Positions 13,401 to 26,503 of a stretch of 56,971 bases of DNA are shown piece after piece (the stretch's first letter is position 1; every line of letters starts with the position of its first letter). Origin of the DNA: Octopus bimaculoides (Eukaryota); contig NC_068993.1 of NCBI RefSeq assembly GCF_001194135.2, positions 7,758,702-7,815,672 of the forward strand, written 5' to 3'. The notes below the pieces were generated by a model that worked only from the letters and a program-made list of their open reading frames with translations, was not told the origin of the DNA and made no database searches. The position numbers and the translations under genes were made by a program.

Positions 13401-14329
13401 TATACAGCAATCATTCAATGAAATAAATTTCCACCAGCAAGCTGTGAAGTTATATTTTAAAAACTAAGAGTAATAAATGCCCTTTCATTAAATTTTTTTT
13501 TTTTTACTTAGCAGTTTAATTTAAAATAGTCAAGAATATATTTATTTTCAGTTTTATTGAAAAGACTAATTGCCTGAAAGTTTCCTCATTAAAAATTTGA
13601 TATTACAAATTTATGTATTTAAAAAAATCACATAATAGCAATTTACGTATAAATGATAATTATAACTCCTAAGAGTTAAAGAGAAAGCTAGAGTTCTTTT
13701 GCACTCAATTTCTTCATTAGCTTTATTTGTACTTTTCAAAATATCTTTTTCTAACTCTAAGCAAAATATTGTATCTGATAATGTTCTTTTGTTTCTTTAA
13801 AAATCTTTTTTCTTCTACCATTTTCTATTCATTTGAATTACATATATTTTACATAAGTTTAATTTTATAACACAATATCTGTGATTTAAAATTTTTGGAT
13901 AATGACTTTTGTTAAGAAAATAAAACCAACAATTAATATAATACTAAAATTAAAACAGCAATATTTTACCTTAATACAAAGACATTTTGAAATCAAAAAT
14001 ATTAAGTTAATTTTTTAAAATTACAATATGAAGCCAAAAATATATTAAAAACCAAACAAGGAGTGCACACACCACTTGATAAAGAATTTCAGAAATTCAT
14101 TTAGCAAAATCTAACACCAGTCGTAATATTTTAAGCTTTGTTCTTCATGTCCTTTACTTTTCCAGACTTAATAACTAATTGATCTGAAATTTTCGGGGTT
14201 CAATACTTAATACTGTTCTAGGATTCTGCGCCCGCATTTTAAATACTAGTCCACTTTTATCCAGACAAGGCGTCTGTTGTTATAATTAATTATATTTACC
14301 TGTATAATTGACAAGGAAAAAATACTATT

Positions 14330-14511
14330 GTTTTACTAGTTTCAGTCATTTGACTGCAGCCATGCTGGAGCACCACGTTCAAGTCGGAGAAATCGACATT
14401 TTGTAAGCCTGGTACTTATGTTATTTCATGGGTTCTTTTGCCACTCCATGAGACTGAACCCGGAACCATGTAGCTGGGAAACAAGCTTCTTCCCACACAG
14501 CCACGCCTGCA
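14330..14511 (-). mobile_element. SINE family A, head and tail with central deletion
   Basis: GTTTCAGTCATTTGACTGCAGCCATGCTGGAGCACC is joined to GACTGAACCCGGAACCATGT...CACACAGCCACGCCTGC. Confidence 0.8.
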
Positions 14512-15215
14512 CTTTTTGTAGGTATTTCTTAAATACAGATTTTATTCGAATTTAAGAAATTTTGTTTGAACCAACAAAGGATTAACAACAACATATCTGT
14601 TAAAAATAAATGTCTTTTTAAACAATTTGTATTATAAGATAATGTTGTATTCCAATCAAATAATTAATCATTAGCTTGTTTNNNNNNNNNNNNNNNNNNN
14701 NNNNNNNNNNNNNNNNNNNNNNNNNNNNNNNNNNNNNNNNNNNNNNNNNNNNNNNNNNNNNNNNNNNNNNNNNNNNNNNNNNNNNNNNNNNNNNNNNNNN
14801 NNNNNNNNNNNNNNNNNNNNNNNNNNNNNNNNNNNNNNNNNNNNNNNNNNNNNNNNNNNNNNNNNNNNNNNNNNNNNNNNNNNNNNNNNNNNNNNNNNNN
14901 NNNNNNNNNNNNNNNNNNNNNNNNNNNNNNNNNNNNNNNNNNNNNNNNNNNNNNNNNNNNNNNNNNNNNNNNNNNNNNNNNNNNNNNNNNNNNNNNNNNN
15001 NNNNNNNNNNNNNNNNNNNNNNNNNNNNNNNNNNNNNNNNNNNNNNNNNNNNNNNNNNNNNNNNNNNNNNNNNNNNNNNNNNNNNNNNNNNNNNNNNNNN
15101 NNNNNNNNNNNNNNNNNNNNNNNNNNNNNNNNNNNNNNNNNNNNNNNNNNNNNNNNNNNNNNNNNNNNNNNNNNNNNNNNNNNNNNNNNNNNNNNNNNNN
15201 NNNNNNNNNNNNNNN

Positions 15216-15357
15216 TATATCGACCCCAGTGCGTAACTGGTACTTATTTAAAGGACTCCGAAAGGATGAAAGGCAAAGTCGACCTCGGCGGAATTTGAAC
15301 TCAGAACGTAAAGTCAGACGAAATGGCGCTAGGTATTTCGCCCCGCGTGCTAACGCC
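15216..15357 (-). mobile_element. SINE family B
   Basis: ATCGACCCCAGTGCGTAACTGGTACTTA...GAAAGGATGAAAGGCAAAGTCGACCTCGGCGGAATTTGAACTCAGAACG. Confidence 0.85.
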
Positions 15358-15384
15358 TCATGGTAGGCAAATATTGATGAAATA

Positions 15385-15756
15385 CAGCAGAACCTCGCAG
15401 TACGAGTGCCTCAGCGTACGAGTAATTTGCTGTAAGAGCTGACACTCGTGCGAACTATTGTCTTGAAGTACGAGCTGAAATCCGCAGTACGAACACACAA
15501 ATCGTCCCATCTTTAAGGTAATTCAGTTAATAAGACTGGTTTCTATATTTCTTTTGCATTCTCCTTTTTATAATTGTCATTTTAATTGTAACTACCCGTT
15601 TTCTGTTTTAAAACCCGTAAAAATTGTTTTTAAGTAGTTTTTTGGGGGCTGGAACGGATTAATTATATTTTAGTTAATTTCAATATAGAAAAATGATTTG
15701 TAAAACGAGTAAATCGGTCCTTGAACGAATTAAACTTGTACTGCGAGGTATCACTG
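15385..15756. mobile_element. pogo/Tigger-like MITE, complete (372 bp)
   Basis: The termini are TA|CAGCAGAACCTCGCAGTACGAG and CTTGTACTGCGAGGTATCACTG|TA. These are about 22-bp imperfect TIRs with TA duplications, and there is no ORF. Confidence 0.8.
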
Positions 15757-16178
15757 TATTTTCTAAGCGTGTAAAGCGTAGAAATATTTAGAAGCCACCG
15801 TGTCACACGGTATGACTAAAAAATATACTTCTGTTACGTGTGTGTGTGTGGGGGGCGGTGTTTGTGTGGGTGTGTGGGTGCAAACAGTGGAATGCAAAAA
15901 AATTAATGAGTATCTGATACATATGAACACCATTTTAAAAAAAACAGGAATGCTACCTGGATACATTATCAGCGCGCACACACACACACGTATACGCACG
16001 CATACACACACACATACACACAAACACACCTACGCACGCGCACCCACACGTTCAAACAGGAACAAATCGATACACGATTTCCTTTGTACTTCTAAGGTCG
16101 ATGTCCTTAGGATATGAAACTGATGCAACGAAATATTGCAATGAAGCCATCGTCAGCGGCAACCGCAGCAGAGTTGGC

Positions 16179-16209
<31 letters not shown>

Positions 16210-16339
16210 TTGGTAATGACAATGATGATAGTAAAAGCAGTAATAGCTTAAGTTTAGGGGAAATGGTACGTCGATTGCAACAGCATGGCCGCAGCTCTGA
16301 GCTGAAACTACAGAAGAAAAAAATCCATGTTCGACAGTT

Positions 16340-16470
16340 TCTTCTTTTATCGACTCCGAAAGAAATTTAAGCCAAAATCAACATCAGCGAGATCTCATCT
16401 CACAATGTAAAACCGGAGCACATGTCGCTAAGGATTTTTGTGCGACGCGCCACTCACTAGCGTTTCCGAA
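16340..16470 (-). mobile_element. SINE family B, highly diverged
   Basis: TTTTATCGACTCCGAAAG...CGCTAAG..ATTTT corresponds to the family B core and head. Confidence 0.5.
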
Positions 16471-16489
16471 ATTAATAATCTCCAATTCT

Positions 16490-16720
16490 TCTTTTTATTT
16501 TTTATACCTTTTACTTGCATCACTCGTTGGACTGCGGCCATGCTGTCGCATTGCCTTGAAGTGTTCTGTACAACGAATCGATCCCCGTATTTAATGCTTT
16601 TAAAACCTGGTACTTATTCTATCGGTCTCATTTAACGAACCCCCAAGTTACGGGACGCAAATAAAATAACCCTGGTTGCCAAGCGAACGTAGGGATCAAA
16701 TACTCAAACAAAAACACGCA
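16490..16720 (-). mobile_element. SINE family A 3' half
   Basis: GACTGCGGCCATGCTG...CCTGGTACTTATTCTATCGGTCTC...AAGTTACGGGACG matches the reverse complement of 37540-37730. Confidence 0.75.
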
Positions 16721-16772
16721 TATATCGGTATATACATATACATAGACATACATACAAACATACATGCATACA

Positions 16773-16804
<32 letters not shown>

Positions 16805-16805
16805 C

Positions 16806-17247
16806 ACAGAAGCAGTCTTGGCACAAACTTGACAAACACGCGTCTGATTCCCAAACGTTCTGTGATAATGGACTGAACTGAACCGTAAATAATCTGCAAA
16901 TCTGCGATGCTTTTTCGCAGTTCTGATGGTTGCGGGTCTCCCAGAACGTTAGTCAATATCGACATTATTTCAGCCATCTTGGAAACATCTGAACCACTCG
17001 TACACTTCTGTGTGGCTCATGCACTCCTCTCCATACGCTTTCTGTAACTTTCCGTAGGCATCTGAGCAGGTATCGCATGACAACGTTCTTTGTCATGGTC
17101 AATGCGACCATCACACGCTACACACGTTACTTCCTAGCACAACTACAAACACTGAGTTAGCAAGTTAAACCTTAGTCAATATTCACTCAGCCTTGCTTTA
17201 GCTTCGTTACTGTGGCAACAGTCCGGATACTCATTGATCAGACCTCG
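16806..17247 (-). mobile_element. Mariner transposon 5' remnant (TIR plus transposase HTH region)
   Basis: The terminus is TA|CGAGGTCTGATCAATGAGTATCCGGAC. The decayed ORF reads DAYGKLQKAYGEECMSHTEVYEWFRCFQDG...ELRKSIADLQIIYGSVQSIITERLGIRRVFVKFVPRLL, which includes the mariner WVPHEL-type motif. It is truncated at a microsatellite. Confidence 0.85.
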
Positions 17248-17296
17248 TATATACGCGCTTGCGCGCGTGTGTGTGTATCTTTGAATATATACATGT

Positions 17297-17553
17297 AAAA
17301 GACACCCTTCAGTCATGAATGACCATAGGATTGTACTTAAAAAGTTCTCCTCTCCATGCCACCGATGTTATCCAAGGGAAAGGTAAAGAGGCTGATACAG
17401 CTTGGCACCAGTGACGTTGCAACTTATTTCTAAAGGTGAGCAAATTGGAGCAACGTGAAATAAAGTGCCTTGCTCAAGAACACAACACAGACCGACCCCG
17501 AATCGAACACACTACCTTACGTTTGAGAGCCCGACTTTCTAACCACTGAACCA
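17297..17553 (-). mobile_element. SINE family C
   Basis: The head contains A/B-box remnants (TGGTTCAGTGG; GTGTTCGATTC), followed by GTGTTCTTGAGCAAGGCACTTTATTTCACGTTGCTCC. Confidence 0.75.
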
Positions 17554-18373
17554 TATATATGTATATATGTATGCATACGTGTGTTTGTGTGTGTGTGTGT
17601 GTGTGTGAAACTATGGCTGACTTCGTCGAATGGCCCGGTCCCTTCAAGTGAAAGAACCAGTGTTATTTGATTTTCTGCAGCTTTTGATATTGTCTGATGG
17701 TTACGCTGCCGGTGCATCTGTCCTTAGCATATTTAGCTACAGATACACTCAGTTCGATGAGCGTGTCACCCCGTTGTTCGAAGGAATTGAATATTTATCG
17801 TCGACATCGACCGAGGTCCATTTGCTTAGTTACTTTACGTGGATATATATTTGCAATATTGGCAGAAAATGATATGAATAAATATATTGCACTCATTCAT
17901 ACGCATGCATATAAGAACACACACACACACACACACACATACATACAAGCAGACGTGCGTATGTGTATTCAGGAATGCACACACACATATACATACATAT
18001 ATTTATATGACACGTACGCAACATACATATGTGTTTATATGATCGTATATAAATACATACACACACATACACTGTATATATATACATTCATATATATATA
18101 TATATATANNNNNNNNNNNNNNNNNNNNNNNNNNNNNNNNNNNNNNNNNNNNNNNNNNNNNNNNNNNNNNNNNNNNNNNNNNNNNNNNNNNNNNNNNNNN
18201 NNNNNNNNNNNNNNNNNNNNNNNNNNNNNNNNNNNNATATACATATATATATATATATACATGCATATATATATATACGCATACACACAGGTATATATAT
18301 GTATGTGTGTAATAATATATATGTTCATAAGGATATATATGTATATATATATCTGTCTATGTATGTATGTATG

Positions 18374-18440
<67 letters not shown>

Positions 18441-18583
18441 GTATATATATGAGTGTATATATGCACGCATGCGCTCACACACACACGCATACATATCATT
18501 TAAATTTTCACCCCTCTATTATACCAAACGTCTATTTTCTTTCTCTCACCGGCACATTAATGTCTCTTTCTCTCTCTCTCTCT

Positions 18584-18634
<51 letters not shown>

Positions 18635-18869
18635 ACCACCTCAACCTCTCATTCATACTATCTTCTCTCCTCTCTCCTCTCTCTTTGTCTCCCTCCACAC
18701 ACTCTCTATTTTAACCATAATTTTCTACTGCATTCTCAACACTTATTTAAATTACGTCTCATTTCCATTTCATCCGAAAACACACGCAACATTCTCTCCC
18801 TCCCTCTTACTCACCCTCTCCCTCACACACACTCTTAATCTTTCTGCCACCGTATCTCCCATCATCATC

Positions 18870-18939
<70 letters not shown>

Positions 18940-19029
18940 ACGACAATATCGCTGCTTTCCTTATTGTTGCTGTTGTTGTTACTGCTATTTTTTCTGCGTT
19001 TGTCTGTAGTGTGAATGCATGTCTTTCTC

Positions 19030-19061
<32 letters not shown>

Positions 19062-19143
19062 TGTATGTATGTGTGTACCTATGTATGTGTGTATATTTGT
19101 GAGTATTTGTATTACTGTATGCGTTCGTTTTCCACTACTCTGT

Positions 19144-19180
<37 letters not shown>

Positions 19181-19181
19181 G

Positions 19182-19214
<33 letters not shown>

Positions 19215-19287
19215 GTACACGCAAACACATTCGTTCGTTCATTCATACATTGATTCTACCCCTTGTTAGTAAAGCAGCGAGGCAACC

Positions 19288-19322
<35 letters not shown>

Positions 19323-21199
19323 GCATATATTCCATCAGACAAGACTGTCATATGGCGTAGTGTCCAGCGGACAATGACAGATGTTGCTAATTTGCATATA
19401 TTCCTCCGTATCCCCACACACAAATACACACACACACTCACACTCACACACACTATGATCGAGTCACAACCCTAACACGTCAACCGTCTCTATTGTATCA
19501 TCCAGTTTTTCTTGGTTAATCCCAGCCGTCTTTCTCGTCCATCATTATTCCTTAGTCTTTCTATGTCCCACCGTCTCCACCTCTGTCACTCTGTCTCTCT
19601 CCACCGTACGCGTGTGCGTTTGTGCCTGTATACGTATACGAACGTATGCATACATACATACGTACACACACACGCATATATATATATATANNNNNNNNNN
19701 NNNNNNNNNNNNNNNNNNNNNNNNNNNNNNNNNNNNNNNNNNNNNNNNNNNNNNNNNNNNNNNNNNNNNNNNNNNNNNNNNNNNNNNNNNNNNNNNNNNN
19801 NNNNNNNNNNNNNNNNNNNNNNNNNNNNNNNNNNNNNNNNNNNNNNNNNNNNNNNNNNNNNNNNNNNNNNNNNNNNNNNNNNNNNNNNNNNNNNNNNNNN
19901 NNNNNNNNNNNNNNNNNNNNNNNNNNNNNNNNNNNNNNNNNNNNNNNNNNNNNNNNNNNNNNNNNNNNNNNNNNNNNNNNNNNNNNNNNNNNNNNNNNNN
20001 NNNNNNNNNNNNNNNNNNNNNNNNNNNNNNNNNNNNNNNNNNNNNNNNNNNNNNNNNNNNNNNNNNNNNNNNNNNNNNNNNNNNNNNNNNNNNNNNNNNN
20101 NNNNNNNNNNNNNNNNNNNNNNNNNNNNNNNNNNNNNNNNNNNNNNNNNNNNNNNNNNNNNNNNNNNNNNNNNNNNNNNNNNNNNNNNNNNNNNNNNNNN
20201 NNNNNNNNNNNNNNNNNNNNNNNNNNNNNNNNNNNNNNNNNNNNNNNNNNNNNNNNNNNNNNNNNNNNNNNNNNNNNNNNNNNNNNNNNNNNNNNNNNNN
20301 NNNNNNNNNNNNNNNNNNNNNNNNNNNNNNNNNNNNNNNNNNNNNNNNNNNNNNNNNNNNNNNNNNNNNNNNNNNNNNNNNNNNNNNNNNNNNNNNNNNN
20401 NNNNNNNTATATATAATTTTACATTATTGTTGTCATTCTTGTTGTTTTATGTAAATAATATTTATGCTAATTTTCTTCCCCTCTTTCAACATTGTTTTGT
20501 TTTACTCCATCATTCTTCTCCTATTTCATGTTCACCGATCTTATTCTCCTCTCCTTCCTTTTCCCACATTTTTCTTTAATTTTTTTCTCTCTCTCTTTCA
20601 TTCGTTATTTTTTTTTATATCAAATTGTTTATATATTTATTCACTGCTTTTGAATTGCCAACTTTTATAATATATTTATAAATTTATTGTATGTCCATCA
20701 TTGTTTTTAACATTTTTCTCTCTACATTTCATTCACTTAAATACTCCCGTTTTCCTTCTTTTTTCCTCTGTTTTCGTTCTTTCTTTTCTTCGGTCTTATT
20801 TTCTGTAAACTCTTTCTTTCCTGGTTTACGTATTTCCTTATTTGTTATTTTCACATGATTACCCTACATATTTAAAACTTTTAATCTCTATAAAATTGCT
20901 TATTTCATTCATTAAATTACTATTCGCTTCGTTCTTTTATTCTTCCATCCATATTTCTTTGCTTCTTTCTTCGTCATTCTTTCTTTATTTCTATCAGTTG
21001 AGCAGCTTAGTTTTCTTCATTCTTTTATACCTATATAATTCCAGATACAACATCGATTTTCCGGAGTCCTAAGATCCGGAACTTCTGAAAACCCGCACTA
21101 ATTTATACTAACGAACAGGTAACAGTAATTCGTTCAATTTTAAAGTAAATTCAATATTTATTTTGTTTATAGTGCGTTACCACATAGCTACTCCTGCGC

Positions 21200-21400
21200 C
21201 TAAGGTATTCACTCAAGTTCAAATTTGGTCGAGGTAAAATACTTGGCAAAATACTAGTCTCTCATCCGTTGCAGGTCGACAGACTATAATATCAATCAAT
21301 CGAGTGCAGGGATCGATAGTATCGACCGATTCCCCCCCCCCCTACTACCTCCTTCACCTCTAAGAAATATATTGGTCTTGTGCCTATACTAAAAACATAT
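21200..21400 (+). mobile_element. SINE family B, highly diverged
   Basis: AGTTCAAATTTGGTCGAGGT...GGGATCGATAGTATCGAC...TTGGTCTTGTGCCTATA. Confidence 0.45.
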
Positions 21401-21626
21401 TTACTTTTATTCTTAATCTCGAATACAGATTGCTAATCTTTATTTAGCTTTCAGAAATGTGTTTTATTGTATCTCTTAATTTAACTTAGCAGTGTGTAAT
21501 ATATATATATATAATATAAGGGATAAAAATCCAAATTTACAGGTAAAAATTCAATTAAATTCAATCTATCAAGAATTAAAATTAAATTAAGTTTCACAGT
21601 ATATAATATATAAATATATAATTTAG

Positions 21627-21718
21627 AGAAAAGAACCAAAGTTCATGAACTCATCCATGAAAATCCACAGTCACATCTGTGGATTTTCATGGATAAGTTC
21701 ATGAACTGTTGCTTTTCA
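21627..21718. repeat. Long inverted repeat: 31-bp stem with 1 mismatch and a 6-nt loop
   Basis: AGTTCATGAACTCATCCATGAAAATCCACAG-tcacat-CTGTGGATTTTCATGGATAAGTTCATGAACT (21640-21707), with imperfect outer arms GAAAAG/CTTTTC. Confidence 0.9.
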
Positions 21719-22717
21719 CTAGATTATATATATATATATATATATATAAATAGTAACACCTAAGAAAACTGCTTCCTATGAAATGAGATGCCATCCAGGA
21801 ATATGTTTTCTTTTTAATTAAAAGTAATAGGAATACTGTTAGTAACTTCTACTCTTACACACGGTTGGTGTTGGTGTATGGAATAAAATTTTTACTGTTT
21901 CGCCCAGAACAAACTGAGAAAAATCTAGCGTTAGTGACATGTTTCATAATTTTTCTGAAAACTGTAGACAACATATAAGAAGGAAGGAAGGTGAACTCAA
22001 ATCGGAGATCTAGGGAAAATGCTGGCACAAGGGAGAGATCCATTAAAATCAACGAAAGATGTAGTAATGTTTGGAGACAACGTAAGAATTTAAAATTGCC
22101 ACTCAGTAAAAGAGCGAAGTATACAGGAATAATGCAGCTCGTCTGACGGTCGAAGAATTTAGATAATCCATAAACTTGAACTTGGGATACGAGGAGAGGA
22201 ATGGCAGCATGCAGTTTACCACTTCAATTTTCAAAAGAATTTACGATGCACTAACAACTCTCGAACCGAATTTGTCTAACTACATCCCCTTTCATAAACT
22301 GACGATATTGTCATCAAACCTTTCATAAACATTTACGAATCATTATATTCCACAAACGTTCAATTATACCATATTGATGATCGCCTACGTGAAACTCTAA
22401 GTACCTATAATAATTTTGAACTTTGATCAAATATTACATACGCGCGCGAGCGCGCATGCACGCACACACAATTATGAATATATAAATGTGGTGGTTTATA
22501 AATTTCTGATTAAATTGCAAAAACCCTAAGGATATGCTTAATATTTATAAATTGTATATATATACAACAAACCATACGGTTAATTATTTCTATATTTTCG
22601 GTGAGCCGCTGTCTCATTTTTCATTATATTTCATTATACATCTGTTAAATAATGTATTACTTTTCTATCCATTTCATAGCGAGCACATATTCATACATTA
22701 TGTGTTATCTCACTCTC

Positions 22718-22774
<57 letters not shown>

Positions 22775-22796
22775 CTATTTAGCAATCATCCTATAC

Positions 22797-22832
<36 letters not shown>

Positions 22833-23464
22833 NNNNNNNNNNNNNNNNNNNNNNNNNNNNNNNNNNNNNNNNNNNNNNNNNNNNNNNNNNNNNNNNNNNN
22901 NNNNNNNNNNNNNNNNNNNNNNNNNNNNNNNNNNNNNNNNNNNNNNNNNNNNNNNNNNNNNNNNNNNNNNNNNNNNNNNNNNNNNNNNNNNNNNNNNNNN
23001 NNNNNNNNNNNNNNNNNNNNNNNNNNNNNNNNNNNNNNNNNNNNNNNNNNNNNNNNNNNNNNNNNNNNNNNNNNNNNNNNNNNNNNNNNNNNNNNNNNNN
23101 NNNNNNNNNNNNNNNNNNNNNNNNNNNNNNNNNNNNNNNNNNNNNNNNNNNNNNNNNNNNNNNNNNNNNNNNNNNNNNNNNNNNNNNNNNNNNNNNNNNN
23201 NNNNNNNNNNNNNNNNNNNNNNNNNNNNNNNNNNNNNNNNNNNNNNNNNNNNNNNNNNNNNNNNNNNNNNNNNNNNNNNNNNNNNNNNNNNNNNNNNNNN
23301 NNNNNNNNNNNNNNNNNNNNNNNNNNNNNNNNNNNNNNNNNNNNNNNNNNNNNNNNNNNNNNNNNNNNNNNNNNNNNNNNNNNNNNNNNNNNNNNNNNNN
23401 NNNNNNNNNNNNNNNNNNNNNNNNNNNNNNNNNNNNNNNNNNNNNNNNNNNNNNNNNNNNNNNN

Positions 23465-23505
<41 letters not shown>

Positions 23506-23574
23506 ATCTTAGATCAAATCGAGGGAAACATCACTCACTTGATTAAGGATAGGATAAAGATCATTCTCCAGTCA

Positions 23575-23782
23575 AATAGACTCACAGGGTTGCCTGTTTC
23601 TGGTTTCTGTGGCAATGTATGTTCTCCCTGGGAGGAATGCCGATCCGCTACAGAATTACCAACTGGATCACGCTGAAATGAAGTGTTTGCTCAAAAACAC
23701 AATGCATTGCCTCGTCGGGGAATCGAAACCACAATCGTACGCTTATGAGTCCAACACTCTAGCCACTAAGCCTCGCGCATCC
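23575..23782 (-). mobile_element. SINE family D
   Basis: The reverse complement has a tRNA-like head (GCGCGAGGCTTAGTGGCTAGAGTG...GGTTTCGATTCCCC), then the domain GTGTTTTTGAGCAAACACTTCATTTCA shared with family C. Confidence 0.7.
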
Positions 23783-24074
23783 ACTTTATTGGCATGAAGA
23801 TGCTATAATCTTCCCGGATGAGAGGGCTGAGTGCCGCTGACTGGAAGGAGAAACTGTCTTGGCGACAGTACTGTTTGGCACTAGAAGCTATAACACCCAC
23901 GCGCACAGGTGTCCGCCGAAGCCGACACTTACAGATGAAGATGATGCGTATGAGATTAGGAGAGAAGAGATGGGGCAGAGAGAGAGATAGTTTATTAATT
24001 GAACGAGATAGATATAAATTCACTCACAGGGTGTTAGTCAGGCCGAGGCCTGACTAATGCCCTGAGCCATGCAT

Positions 24075-24156
24075 TGCCACACCATACAGTGAAAATAAAC
24101 CAGAAACGATGCTGTTGCAAAGCGAGCTTCTTAGCTGCACAACCATGCCTGCGCCA
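24075..24156 (-). mobile_element. SINE family A head, diverged
   Basis: GCGAGCTTCTTAGCTGCACAACCATGCCTGCGCC. Confidence 0.5.
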
Positions 24157-24592
24157 TGTTTCGTATTTTTTCCTCAATGCTCCATCATGGCCGTAGCAAC
24201 ACTGACAAGTACAAACTAAATGACTAAATAATTATATATGTCATGTCTGCCTCTCTTCCAGATTTGCTTTGAATTTGTTTCGTTCTTTTTCTTTCCTTTT
24301 TTTCACTTCATTTTTCTGGCCTTTTTTTTTTTTTTCATCATTCTTTCTTCACCCAATCCTGATTCCTTTATTTCTTCTTTTCTCTCGTTCTCCTTCACAA
24401 CTCTACACCCTTCCATTCCTATCAATCTCTCTCGCAATCGTTTTCTTTGTCTTTCTCATGTCTCTTCCTCCCATACTCACCACCTGTTTATTTTATTTTT
24501 TTCAGCATTCTTCTTCCATACATTTATTACATCTTTTCCTCATATTTATCCTTCATTCCACTTTCACCCAATCTCTCTCTCTCCTCTCTCAC

Positions 24593-24646
<54 letters not shown>

Positions 24647-25684
24647 TATGCTTCATCATATTTTCGATTTATTTTCCTTCGTCTTTTCCCTCGTTTTTCA
24701 TGGCGTCGTTTACATTAGTTTTGTAATATTTTTTCTCTCTTCTTTTACGTTTTCCTATTTTTTTACTTTCCTTTTACATCCTAAAATTATTTGTATATTT
24801 ATTTATTTATTTATTTCCTACATTTGGTACATCCAAACCCCGTCCATGCCCCATCCATCCTCCATCCACCAACATCACCACCACCACCACCACCTCTATC
24901 ATCATTACACGAATACACGCACACGTATACATAAATACATATGAACACACATGCGCATGCGCGCATGCACAAACATGTCCAGATTTTCTGTTTACTGCCA
25001 AAACGAAAGGCATCTCATTTTGGTAGCGATGCTTCTTATTCTTTAATTATTATTATTCTCAGAACCCAAAATTATTCCTCTTCAGACAAAGTGTCATTCA
25101 CATCTGTGCCGTAACAGTCAATATCGTTTGGCTTTCACAGCTATTCAACGGCACAAACTAGAACAAGAGAAAGAAACAAAAGGCACACACATATATACAC
25201 AAAACAAAAAATACGAAACGAAAAAAAAAAAGATGTCGGACAGCAACGAAATAAAAAGAGAGACAAAAACAAACAAACAAACAAACATAAGCATATGCAG
25301 GGAAGAGTAAAGACATGAAATAAAATATATTATATGATATAGAGATGAGAGAAAGAGAGCCAGAGAAATATATATATATATATATATGTGTATATNNNNN
25401 NNNNNNNNNNNNNNNNNNNNNNNNNNNNNNNNNNNNNNNNNNNNNNNNNNNNNNNNNNNNNNNNNNNNNNNNNNNNNNNNNNNNNNNNNNNNNNNNNNNN
25501 NNNNNNNNNNNNNNNNNNNNNNNNNNNNNNNNNNNNNNNNNNNNNNNNNNNNNNNNNNNNNNNNNNNNNNNNNNNNNNNNNNNNNNNNNNNNNNNNNNNN
25601 NNNNNNNNNNNNNNNNNNNNNNNNNNNNNNNNNNNNNNNNNNNNNNCGTGTGTGTGTGCGTGCGTATGTGTGTGTGCGTGCACA

Positions 25685-25753
<69 letters not shown>

Positions 25754-26334
25754 TAGATAGATAGATAAATAGATAGATAGATAGATAGATAGATAAATAA
25801 ATATGTATATGTAGATATTTGCACATTTATACAAAACTGCATATATATGATAAATATATGTGTGTGTTTGTGTGTGTGTGTGTGTCTGTGTGTGTGTGAA
25901 CACGGATATACAGATATAAACGTGTATGAGTGCGTGTCTCTGTCGCTGTCTTTCTCTGTGTGTGTGTGCGTATCTCTCTCTGTCTCGCTATATATATATG
26001 GTGTGTATGTATATATATACATATATGGTATATATACAGCATTACTGTTCTGTATATTTTTTTAATTATTAAGATTATGGGTTAGCAATCTGGTTATACT
26101 AAATACTGGTGCTTTCTTTGCATGTGGGAAAGTAGAGACCGAGTAAACCAATATGTTTAGAAAGACTGACCGCTACGAAAAATATGACTCCATGTAGAGC
26201 TGCCAATATATTGGAAGACCCTTTAGTTGAGCGAGATAAGATCACTTAAGAATTCGTTGAAATATTCCAGGTACAAGACAAAGAAGAAAAAAAAACAGAA
26301 TTCTGTTGTCCAGTGTTATTTTTGTGTGATGTTT

Positions 26335-26460
26335 AGTGGCTGGAACGGATTAATTACAGTTTAGTTAATTTCAATGGGCAAAACTGATTCGTAAAACGAG
26401 TAACTTGTAAAACGACCTCGGTCAAAGAACGAATTAAACGCGTACTGCGAGGTATCTTTG
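26335..26460. mobile_element. Partial second copy of the same MITE (right end)
   Basis: GGCTGGAACGGATTAATTA...TTAGTTAATTTCAAT...GAACGAATTAAAC.CGTACTGCGAGGTATC is colinear with 15645-15756. Confidence 0.75.
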
Positions 26461-26503
26461 TATTTACTTTCTCATACAATCTTGCTCTGGTGGAGCATGA
26501 AAT

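Noticed and set aside
13420-14300. Mitochondrial insertion or transposase in a very AT-rich block
   Set aside because: No recognisable mitochondrial gene or transposase motif was found in the frames I read.
23810-23960. Possible RTE 3' end (DWKEKLSWRQYCLALEA)
   Set aside because: The similarity is too weak to call without a search.
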